From assembly GCA_000934665.2 (NCBI GenBank), contig KZ538523.1, positions 1 to 64,000 of the forward strand: a stretch of DNA of 64,000 nt, read 5' to 3'. The notes under the pieces are model-generated. The model worked only from the letters and a program-made list of their open reading frames with translations. It had not been told where the DNA came from and did no database searches. The translations under genes were made by a program, and so were the position numbers. Below, piece by piece: positions 55,001 through 64,000 of the stretch (the stretch's first letter is position 1; each line of letters starts with the position of its first letter). Source of the DNA: Catajapyx aquilonaris. Lineage: Eukaryota.

Positions 55001-55881
55001 CTGCATCATACAAGTTCAGTCACTATGGAAAAGTTCACTACAGGTGACACATGTACAAAAAAATACTCAAAGCTGGGACTACCCTTGCATCAAAACTTTA
55101 CTTATCCAATTATGAAGTTAATAGATAATAACATTCCAACTGAACCAGGTGGGATTCACTAGAGCAGCATTTCTCAACTGGGGTTACACAAGAAATAGTG
55201 ATGAATAGGCTAATAATCCCTATTAATATAAAAAATTTGTATATATATTTGTATATTTATCACGCCTACTTAACCCACTTCCCGGGTTCTGAGAGCCCTG
55301 AAATTTTTCACATCCATGTCTTATGCTTCCCTGAGTCCAGGAAAAGTCCAAAATCCGCAATCTTTGGAGTCTAAAAGCCCCCCAAAAATTCCAGGTTTTT
55401 CAGTTTTCCACATTGTTGACAACAATGTGACGGTTGCATAGTAATGGTTGTAAATGATGTGTTCTTATTAGTTCAAGAGATTGAAGGACGCCGTTTTCCT
55501 TATTCACTGGTCATATTCCAGTAGAATGGGGAGGCGGAGTGGTGCTGTGGTAACGCAAGCGCCCACGGATGTTAAGGTCCCGGGTTCGATCCCAGCCCGG
55601 GGTTCCCCCCTTCATCTCGTGCAGAGTTCCAGGTCATCTCTAGCTTTGTCTCGGGTGATATTTCCGTTAAGACAAACCACCCGGGGGAGTTCACCAAATG
55701 GCCACAGCGTCAGATGCACTGCACGTTGCACATCCCCTCCTGTCATCCTGCCCGTGGGCCCAGGCGATACGCTAAATAGGTACCATGTACTATGTATACA
55801 CCAACAGCTAATAATAAAGGTCCATGCGATAAAACCTGATGGGTGAAAGCACTACCCAACCTATTATTATTATTATTATTA

Positions 55882-55921
<40 letters not shown>

Positions 55922-58900
55922 CAGTAGAACCAGCCCATATAGCTCTTGCCCATACGCGTTGGGGGCTGAGAATCCAACACTGGCCCCACCAGCAGCAAAC
56001 CCGTGCTTCGCGAGGGTCTTCCAGGGTCTTCCACTTCTATTGCAGAAGGAAATGGTGTTGGTCGTGCAGTACTTCCTGCAGTACAGGTAGTACCCGTTTT
56101 ACGCCGTAAATTGGTTCCAGCAAAATGCGGCGGCAAGTGAAACGGAGTAAATTGAGACATTATTATAATGCAGAAGTAAATGAGATAGGTTCCAAAAATT
56201 TCCCTCAGACAGTACTTAATTTTAACAATGCGGTACTGTATTTATCAATAGACCCTGCCACAAGGCACCACGAAAAACAAAAAAGAGCCTTTATGGTCGT
56301 GTGTTTGGACCCTAGTGTTGCAGTGATGTGTTTATGATCAAATTGTATTGTTAACGTCTAATTTTTAACTAATTCAAATTCAAATTATTCATCTAAAACT
56401 TTTGAACACGTCATTTTCACACCTGGGTTAATATGAAACGGCGTAAAATGGAGTGGCGTAAAACAGGTACTTACTGTACTAAATTGGTAGGTCATTATCA
56501 CAACTAAAGGTGTAGGGCGAGGGACAAGCTGTTTATAGTTTTATTTGCACAAGTTTTAATTTAGTTCCTATGTTGGGTTAGCTTGCTTCTCCCTGCATCG
56601 CTGACTACCCCTTATAGGGAAATGTCGTGATGGTGATGGTGGTGATGATGATCACAACCAATCTATCTTCGAAATTATCGAAAAATTAGTTAGCAACGGA
56701 ATTGGATAGTCCAGGCTAAATACCATCGTTCAACATAAGTGCAATTTTAATTGTCCGCCTATTTATCATCTTTAAAGCATTCAAAATAAATGTGAAATTT
56801 GTATAGACGAGCAAAATCACCCACTTTAGTAACTACTCAAAACCAGTTGATTGAAAGATAAATTAGGTATATGGAAATAAACCAATGTAATGAAGACAAC
56901 TTTGGATGACAAATTATCGCTTTTCATTGCTGTCATAGGGCTAGTCCAGACGGGACCAGTTTGCCGGGGCCAGGCCCCTCACTAGCCCTGGCCCCGGCTC
57001 CAGCCCCGGCAGGTTGAAGCCCTGGCGGGTACACACGAGAGAGCCAAGGCCGGCCAAACAAACAAACAAGTAAAGATCAGTATCCGCCATTGGCGCCATA
57101 TCGCCACCTTAGCTGACCTTAGAGCATATACGTATACCATATATATACCATATATTATTACTATTATTATTACTATTATTATTACTATTATTACTATTAC
57201 TATTATTACTATTACTATTACTATTACTATTATTATTATTATTATTATCTCTATCTCCATAAATAAGGAAGTTTGTCAGTTTAGATGTTTGGATGTTTGT
57301 CCCTTATAGAAATCCGGGGGAAGGCCCCTACACCGCCTTAAATTAGCATATCGGGGGTTACATTTTTCAAGGAATTTAATGCCGCATGTTTCAGCTTCCG
57401 AAAATGAACCTAACACCCATAACACGCATATTCCCAATTAACCAATTATCAATTACCTATTTAACAATATTCATAGATTTCCATGGTAATGCCCTCATTA
57501 CATTGTAGGCCTACCACCATAACATACCCGGGCAACGCCGGGTAACCTGCTAGTTATTATTATAGGTGTTGTACGGACTTTGGTCCATCAGTACCTAACT
57601 CAAGCTGCCCTAAGTTCTGATATCACTCATACGCTCACTTTTTTATTTTCGAATCATTAAATCAACCTCGATAATCGGCCCCGAGTTGGTGAAATATGCA
57701 GAGGAAGATTGTCTTTACGACATATTAAAATTGAGAACATTTTAATGTGGTTATTTGAGTGGTGCAGTTACACAAACTCCACTTACGGAGACAAACAATG
57801 ACAAAGTGTAGGATTTTCTATGTCCTTCCCCGGTCAACCTCTCGGATGGAGATGTACGGCATGAGACGGGGCATGAGTGGAGCTATCATTTGGTATGCAT
57901 TGCATATTTCTAGTCCCAATAGGCGCCTCGCAGTGACGGCGCAAAGATAGTCGGAATCGCCATAAGGCGCCACGCTAATTCGTATTCCCGCCTCCCTTTT
58001 GCCCTAAGTCACGTGATCCCCCCCTCGGAGGTGTTGGCATCACTTTTGAGAGGGAGAGGGAGCGTCTACTGGTATATAATAATTATTAAGCTCTAAGGTC
58101 CCAACCTCCCCTCCTCTCTGCAACCTTGTTGCCCATGCGCTTGGATCAGGGCCTGGTGCCGGGGTTGTTGTCACCCACTTCCCCAAAGTGAAGTCTGTCG
58201 GGGCCGCGGCTCTGTCATCTGAACCCCACTAGCCCCGACCGGCCCTGGATTTGCCGGGGCCTGGCCCCGGCGAACTGGTCCCGTCTGGACGACCCCAATA
58301 CGACTTTCATTACGCGTCACTTATGCGCTATTAAAATTTACACTTTGGAGAGCTTTTAGTATTGACCTGCATTATCAGCCTGGCTTGAACCAAGTATAGG
58401 CAATCTTCCTTGGCAGTTTCACAACCAGGGTATCTTAATATATTTTCAATTTATCATTCTGATTTTGTTAATATATCATGATTTCCATGCTCTGGATATG
58501 TGATAGGAGACATGGCAGAGCATATAATGAACATGTTCCCTTTCCCCCGGGTCGTTAAAAAAAGTGCAAAACATAAATTCGCCTTTCCTGGAAATTTGGT
58601 TCTGAAATAGGTAGCCTGGTTTTGATACTGGGCTACTTACTTATTGCAGTATGATTTACTGCGATTGGTACTTACAAGCAGGCTCCCCAGGCTCCCCATA
58701 AGGATATTTGATAATTATCCCTCCGCTTTCAATCACTTCTGCGTATGTTGACTGACACCAAGTTCAACATATTATGTACCCGACACTACACACTGGTTTG
58801 CTGATATAATAATAATTCATACCCCGTTATCAGCCTATCGGCTCTTTAGGGGGCAAGTTTTTGTTTTGCCTGGAACTCTTTGCTTTCATTTTACTGCGCT

Positions 58901-61900
58901 TTTTGGGATAGGATAGGGACGGGAGGAAGCGGCTGTGGCCTATTAATTACGGAAACAACTCCGGAATTTTCCTGGAAGGACCGTGGGAAACCACAGAAAA
59001 CCACGGTCAGAGTTGCCGGCCCCGGGATTTGATCCCAGGACCTCCCGATTAGCAGTCGGACACCATATCCCCTACTCCAAACTGCTTCGGTGGTTTGCTG
59101 ATATAAATGAATACTTAACATATTTTCAAAATATGTGTATGTAAGACAAAGTTTCTTTGGTTTTTTGTTTGCCCATGGCAATGGGATTTTGTTGGTATGA
59201 TTACCATGAAAACAGGCCGTGCGAAGAATGGGCTCCACTGCTAGTATGTAAATGAATTCGAGTCATTAATTGATAGGTCTATAATATAATAATATTTACG
59301 TAGGGATTCCCTGATATAGGAGTATTATTTCAAGGGTTCTGCAAGAGTAAAAAGGTTGAGAAATGCTGCACTTGAGATTAGTTGGAATTGAAGGCAAAAG
59401 GTTTTTGCAATTCCCAAATGCTTCACCAATTCATGAAATCCGTGGTCAAGCTGCTTATCCAGCATCCCACTGAAACGACTCCCCTGTCACATTTTGGCCT
59501 GAGTGGTGTGCATCCTGCAAGCATTGGCTCGCCTGTCACTCGTAAAGCTCCAATTTGGTGTTTCATATGGTCATGTCTCCGCCATAAACATAACCTTCTA
59601 GTGTTTTTTTTTACTGTGTATCTTCCAGCTGCTCTACAAACTTTTTTGCAGCTGGCTGGCCCAAAAATTTAAACTTGAAACTGCATTTTTAAAACATCAC
59701 ATAACCTTCAAAGAGCAGGTCACTGAAACTGCATAATTTATTCCATACTCCAAACAGATGTGAATTGCCAAATTCTTGAACCTGGAGGATCACATCCAAT
59801 TTGATTGGACCAATGGACCACTGCTAATTTTTCTCTCATCCCTCCTATGCTCTCTGTGATGCACTCTTGGCAGAAATTTAGGAGAGCCAGTCCTTGCATT
59901 CTGAGTCTCTTACCACTCTATTCAGTCTATTCCAACAGGCATGGCACCATGGACATAACACAAATCTTATGCATGGACTATGCAGACACAGCTGTAACAA
60001 TGACTCTATCCATGTCTCCTTGCAGAGATTAAATTTTTAACTTACTTATTAGTGCATTAAAAGCATTTATTTCAGAAAATACTATAGCTAATATTATAAT
60101 CATATTTGACAACCAAACTGACTAATTGAGTTATTTGTGCCATGATCACACACGAGCCACAGTTCATCAGAATTCATTAGAGGTGGCACTTTCCATCCAG
60201 CTGAGCCATAACATGTCACCTGCTCTTACATCTACGAATCAAACATTAAAAAATCCAAGCATGTCGACAGCATACACGTGACATATACAAAGTCCAATTT
60301 GGCAATTTTGAATTATTCACACCACAAAGTAGAATTTTAAATGCTCAATCTCCTTATGAAGTCAATTTAATCCTCGATATTCATAATGAGGCTGGAAGCC
60401 AGGATTTCCTGTCTTCACTAGCATGTGAAGAAATGTACTGTCACATTTTGCTTTTGATTTCTGTGTCTCAAAACTTTTTTTTTTTGGACTTATTGGATTT
60501 CACTTGCATGCTGATGATATCTCTCGTGGTCTCATCACCTCTGTGACTCAGGGGTCTTGGAAAGTTACAAATGTAATGAAATAAATTAGTGGTTATAATC
60601 ACATGTCACATGATATGGAATTGACATCAGCTTAACAGTAGATCACATAAGCAGAGCATGAAATATTGTTAATAATCAAACTTTGCTTACCAGTAGATCC
60701 TAAGTGGAACTCCTTTGTTAGGACGTCATTTTCAAAGTAGGGGTTCTCATCAAAGAAGAATTTGATTCTGCAAAGGTGAGAGGCGTATATAAGCTCACTA
60801 CTGACGAGGTGACCAAGTGAATGGCTGTCGTCAGGAAGTCAAACTGGTGTTCATGCACTGCTAATCTATAAATTGCTACATTTGGCATTCAACTAGAAGA
60901 AGGTCCAGAATGTCAACATGCATCGAAATGATATCCAAGAATCAGGCAACTGCTACAAGCATAAATGTTGGAAATGATTATTTCTTTTCTTTTGTGAAGA
61001 CTGGACTAACCATAACAAAGGTGTGTGTGAGTGTGTGTGTGCGCAAGAGAGATGATGGGACATTGTATTACAGTGAGGGGGTCAGATAATATGGTGAATC
61101 TCATGCATTCAGAGCTTAAATACCCTACGTAAGGCATAGGAAATCTTGAATGACTCATAAGTGAACCTCAAGAGTTTGTCTAAAACTCTAAATGTCTGAC
61201 CCCTACACAGTACAGGTTCCCTTCCTGCCGCCTGCTTGACCATGAGTCTGACCTTGGAATATGGCATTTTGTACACTATGTAAGCAATTCCAGTTCAGAA
61301 AAACCAAATTGGCATTGGAAAAATGGTGCAAACTACTCTCTCAACATGAGAATCGTAAGAGCCACATGTCTGTACTTCTAAATTCCTTTGTGCTGGCAAA
61401 ATTTATCAAATAACTTTTGCATTATTCGAATCAAAATAGTTATGATTTTTTAATGGTACCATGAATCAGAGGAAGGCTTGGCAGTCATTGTGGCAGGAAT
61501 GCACAAAAAATGCAAGATCATGGTACAACAACTGGTCAAAAGTGAAATGTGTCAAGAATACTCCACTAATTGCAAGTAAGAAAGAAAAACACGAGTAATT
61601 ATCTAGTTTAGATGGGCGCCATTTACAGCGTTTGCGTGGTACTTACTGTACTTAGTAAGTGCATAGGGACCTAGTGCTGACTTTCCTGAGTGGCAGAAAA
61701 GCAATTTGAGCGCAAACAACCGTGTAGAACCGAAGTTACAGATATATTAATATGACGTATACACATTCCATTGCTCCTCGTGGCAGCCGTCTCTTAATAC
61801 CTAACCTAACCCAACCTACCTTCCTTCCTTGCGGATATAGCCCTATCTTCGGCGGATACAGACGCTATCCTAAGGGGTATGCGGCCTATCTTCAGAAGAT

Positions 61901-63616
61901 ACATGCCTAGGAGAGTAGCTATGAAAGTATGGGGATTCCGGTTACAAATTTGTAGGCCTATTCCTTGGTCAGCATCAGGGCCTGCCCTAGTTGGGTGCGG
62001 GGCATATAGGAATATATATAGGAAATGGTTAAATAGGGCAAGAACTAAATGCAGGGCCTATTCTCAATGAGTGAATTTCTGTACAACACGAATTGCCTAT
62101 CCAACCATTTTGTTGGCTGACTTTCTATAATAGCATCCAACTGAGGGGCGTAAGCAGAAAAATTTCGGGTGTGGGCCCACAAGCAGTAGAGGGCGGGGAG
62201 CAAGCCCGCCGCAGCCGAAATTTTTTGTGGGGGTTCAAGGTCACACGAGTAGTTGAATGTGGTAATTTGAATGGGTGTGTATTGATGAAATTGGTAGGAC
62301 TTTTTCCAAAAAAATGAATTAGTAGGCTAATGAGTAATTGTGATTTTTGGAAGCACGGGGCCTGGGAGTAATTAGGGAGGGCGACCCCACTGAGGGAGAA
62401 GCACGGGTGCCTCGCTGCACTTATCGAAGACGAAGGCTCGCACATGTTATCAGATAACATAGTTTAGGTTGGGGAGTAAGTACAGTAAAACTTCTTCGAA
62501 TCTCCATGGGACTGAGAAAAAACTTCGAGTTAGAGAAGTTTGAATTTTTAAAGCACAGAACTCTATACCTTTACATCCAGCGACAAAAGGTTGTTCAAAA
62601 CTTAGGAATAACTGTCACTATCACACTTACAATGGTCATCGTCGTTTTCTTGCAAAAAAGCTCTGTTATGAACATTTGCCTACTCTTAGATTCAAGGATT
62701 CGATTGTCACAATCGAGTCAAACACTTCTTTCGGTACGTCTGGTAGATGGAGATCAGGAAATTAAGCCTTTCTGTGCTTGTGGCCTACTCTCGACCCTTC
62801 GGCTGGGAAATGAGAAAATTTTCCTTACTCGCCAACATGAACTTCGACTTAGGGAGACTGAAAATGCATTGATATCCCATGGTAAGGCCCTGACAGCACT
62901 TCGAGTTATAGAAATTCGGGTTAGGGAAGTTTATTTCACTATTATTTTACATTGTGACCAACCAAGCTCGTCATTTTCTTTGACTTATAGAGAACTTTGA
63001 CTTAGGGAAGTTCGACTTATAGAAGTTTTACTGTATTTTCATCACAAAAAAATCCCAGGTTGTATTTGCAACATCACTCACAGCATAACATAGCATGCTT
63101 GTTGCACATATCGGGAAAAAATGATTAACATTACTGCCATAGAACTTGTACCTAAGCCTTAACCCATAGTGCAAAGTATTATGCAAAAATATGCATTCTA
63201 TATAACCTGATCATAACGGCTCATGCAAAATATCTTACAATCACTACTTCCCTATTTCTATTATCATTATTATTAAACTTTCTACTGCCTTGCACATCAT
63301 CTCTCCTGATCCATTGTGGTCAGCAGGTTATAATTTCATTATTATGTTGGGTTTCCCAAGCTGTTGTTTAATGTTTAATTCTTTTTTTTGTCTCATTGCA
63401 TGGAATGGGTGTCATTTTTAGTTTATGATATGTTGTTGTCGTTAATGATTGGTATTGTTTGACTATTGGCCAGCATGCAAGTGTGGCCTGGATATCCCCA
63501 TACCTGTATCCCGACTTGATGTCTTCAAACTCCTCCACCTCCAGTTTGGACAAGTAATGTAAGCATTCCTCCTCCTCCTCATCCAAAATCGCCGAAATTT
63601 GTGGATGGTTAATGAA
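51938..63616 (-). CDS. SET: SET / TAF-I (I2PP2A), NAP-family histone chaperone; 5'-partial spliced CDS, join of 63616-63504, 60767-60691, 54770-54601, 54534-54440, 52928-52798, 52005-51938 (217 aa visible)
   Basis: Manual splicing gives [84 protein letters not shown]...[46 protein letters not shown] followed by a long D/E tail. These match hallmark SET motifs ([36 protein letters not shown]). All five introns are GT-AG with matching phases. The N-terminal dimerisation helix is not in the window. Confidence 0.96.
52798..52928 (-). CDS. SET: SET acidic-tail exon ([22 protein letters not shown]...)
   Basis: Acceptor TTCTCTAG and a D/E-rich frame. Donor AAG|GTGAGG at 52797 gives phase 1, in frame with the last exon. 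A second donor lies at 52781. Confidence 0.88.
53441..53651. mobile_element. hAT (Charlie-like) MITE, 211 bp, in a SET intron
   Basis: 16-bp perfect TIR CAGTGGTTTCCAACCT; flanking direct repeat GTTTACATGC at 53431-53440 and 53652-53661. Confidence 0.88.
53836..54298. mobile_element. Non-autonomous DNA transposon, P-superfamily-like (463 bp)
   Basis: 40-bp TIRs starting CATGGTCTT with 2 mismatches; 8-bp flanks CTTCTAAC / GTTCTAAC (7/8). The superfamily is inferred from the CA-initiated TIR and 8-bp TSD, and hAT is not excluded. Confidence 0.8.
54440..54534 (-). CDS. SET: SET internal exon ([31 protein letters not shown])
   Basis: Follows a 66-nt intron (54535-54600); acceptor CTGCAG and donor GTATGT; 95 nt, phase 0 to 2. 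Confidence 0.95.
54601..54770 (-). CDS. SET: SET internal exon ([15 protein letters not shown]...GRKR...SFFTWFADH...DIAE), with an NLS-like RKR
   Basis: Acceptor TTTTGTGCAG and donor GTGACT; 170 nt, phase 1 to 0. Confidence 0.95.
55527..55916 (+). mobile_element. tRNA-derived SINE with (TAT)n tail
   Basis: A-box-like TGGTGCTGTGG (55540-55550), B-box GGTTCGATCCC (55583-55593) and an (ATT)n tail; 13-bp TSD TATTCCAGTAGAA at 55514-55526 and 55917-55929. Confidence 0.92.
56084..56476. mobile_element. pogo/Tigger-like MITE
   Basis: 22-bp TIRs CAGGTAGTACCCGTTTTACGCC vs CAGTAAGTACCTGTTTTACGCC (3 mismatches), TA on both flanks, and a subterminal GGCGTAAAA repeat. Confidence 0.82.
57153..57247. repeat. 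Compound (TAT/TAC)n microsatellite, the target of the Helitron
   Basis: Direct reading; the tract continues after 57553. Confidence 0.9.
57248..57553 (+). mobile_element. Non-autonomous Helitron (306 bp)
   Basis: 5' TC, 3' CTAG (57550-57553) and a subterminal hairpin TACCCGG-gcaacg-CCGGGTA (57525-57544). Inserted between A and T of a (TAT)n tract that resumes afterwards; no TSD. Confidence 0.88.
58810..59090 (-). mobile_element. tRNA-derived SINE (second family)
   Basis: Minus strand shows a degenerate tRNA head (...GGAGGTCCTGGGATCAAATCCC), a GGTTTTCTGTGGTTTCCC...GGCCACAGCCGCTTCCTCCC body typical of arthropod SINEs, and a short ATT tail. 16-bp TSD TGGTTTGCTGATATAA at 58794-58809 and 59091-59106. 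Confidence 0.88.
60691..60767 (-). CDS. SET: SET internal exon ([25 protein letters not shown])
   Basis: Acceptor TTTGCAG and donor GTAAGC; 77 nt, phase 2 to 1. Too short for the ORF track. Confidence 0.95.
62483..63033. mobile_element. pogo/Tigger-like MITE
   Basis: 13-bp perfect TIR CAGTAAAACTTCT with TA on both flanks, and multiple TTCGA(C/G)TTA-type subterminal repeats. Confidence 0.82.
63504..63616 (-). CDS. SET: SET internal exon (FINHPQ...DIKSGYR)
   Basis: Acceptor AG at 63618-63617 after a pyrimidine-rich tract; donor GTATGG at 63503; 113 nt, phase 0 to 2. Confidence 0.95.
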
Positions 63617-63699
63617 CTGGCAACACCGTCAAGGAAAAAAAACCTCCCTTTCAAAAAATCCCTCCCAACCTGCCCCCCTCCATGATTCCCCTCCTGCTC

Positions 63700-64000
63700 C
63701 CCCCTCCGAAATGGCAATGAACCAAAAGAGAGAGAGGGGGGGGAGGGAGCGTCACTTCAATCTGGCAACACTGCCTTCTGGAATAGGGAGGCAAACATGG
63801 CGCCCTCATGACAGTCTTTTGTTTACCACCCCCACCGCCTCATCCCCGCCCCTCTCCCGACACCCGGGCCGCCCCTGGCCCAGACCAACCCCTGGCCAAG
63901 CATCAACCCGTGCCCCCGACCAGCCCGGAACAGGCCCACGGGCAGTACTTCCCTCCCGAGGCCGCTTACAAGCCCCGTTAAATCGAAACAAAGATGGCGG
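63700..64000. promoter_or_regulatory. GC/CpG-rich promoter-proximal intron segment with YY1/Pho-type motifs and GC boxes
   Basis: AAGATGGCGG at 63991-64000 and AACATGGCGCC at 63794-63804, plus CCGCCC boxes. CpG content rises sharply relative to the gene body, suggesting SET exon 1 or the promoter is just outside the window. Confidence 0.5.

Larger units (their letters stand above)
57115..58100. mobile_element. Unclassified element with short inverted termini, nested in the Harbinger-like MITE
   Basis: Perfect 11-bp inverted repeat GACCTTAGAGC (57115-57125) / GCTCTAAGGTC (58090-58100). Each side continues inward with AT-rich sequence containing TATACC/GGTATA. No clear TSD. Confidence 0.55.
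56938..58296. mobile_element. PIF/Harbinger-like MITE carrying nested insertions
   Basis: ~41-bp GC-rich TIRs GGG(c/g)T(a/c)GTCCAGACGGGACCAGTT(t/c)GCCGGGGCCAGGCCCC, with subterminal GCCCCGG/GCCCTGG repeats. AT-rich 3-bp flanks (ATA left; AAT/ATA right) leave the TSD ambiguous. Confidence 0.8.
55165..59368. mobile_element. Outer hAT-like element expanded to 4.2 kb by nested insertions
   Basis: 14-bp perfect TIR CAGCATTTCTCAAC (55165-55178 and 59355-59368); 8-bp flanks CACTAGAG / CACTTGAG (7/8). Confidence 0.72.

Noticed and set aside
55527..55605. Possible tRNA gene
   Set aside because: No complete cloverleaf; it continues into a body, simple-repeat tail and TSD, so it is a SINE head.
62506..63000. 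164-aa ORF as a possible transposase
   Set aside because: It lies within a ~550-bp MITE, has no DDE/HTH motif and is built partly from subterminal repeats.
63617..63776. Duplicated GTGTTGCCAG upstream of the SET acceptor as an alternative 3' splice site
   Set aside because: The upstream copy has a poor pyrimidine tract and would add a 145-nt, frame-shifting extension.

Overview
This is animal genomic DNA, probably arthropod judging by the encoded protein, and it falls into two contrasting parts. (1) About 1-50 kb has no recognisable protein-coding gene. It is CpG-rich, dense in TAAT-type motifs and microsatellites, and carries few clearly bounded repeats, so it looks like a cis-regulatory gene desert. 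(2) About 50.1-64 kb holds the 3' six coding exons and 3' UTR of a minus-strand SET/TAF-I (NAP-family histone chaperone, PP2A inhibitor I2PP2A) gene; its 5' exon(s) lie beyond the window end. All visible introns are GT-AG with consistent phases. Two competing splice donors predict long and short acidic tails. The SET introns are CpG-depleted and packed with non-autonomous transposons, including a 4.2-kb nested stack: a hAT-like element containing two tRNA-SINEs, a pogo-like MITE and a Harbinger-like MITE, which holds an unclassified element that in turn holds a Helitron. The most unusual locus is ~38.5-39.0 kb: a TSD-flanked, highly structured insertion with a (CCAA)n tail and a degenerate HDV-ribozyme-like core, sitting directly upstream of a hairpin carrying the miR-2-family 5' sequence. 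Both RNA interpretations are unverified hypotheses. Nearly all ORFs in the six-frame track appear spurious.
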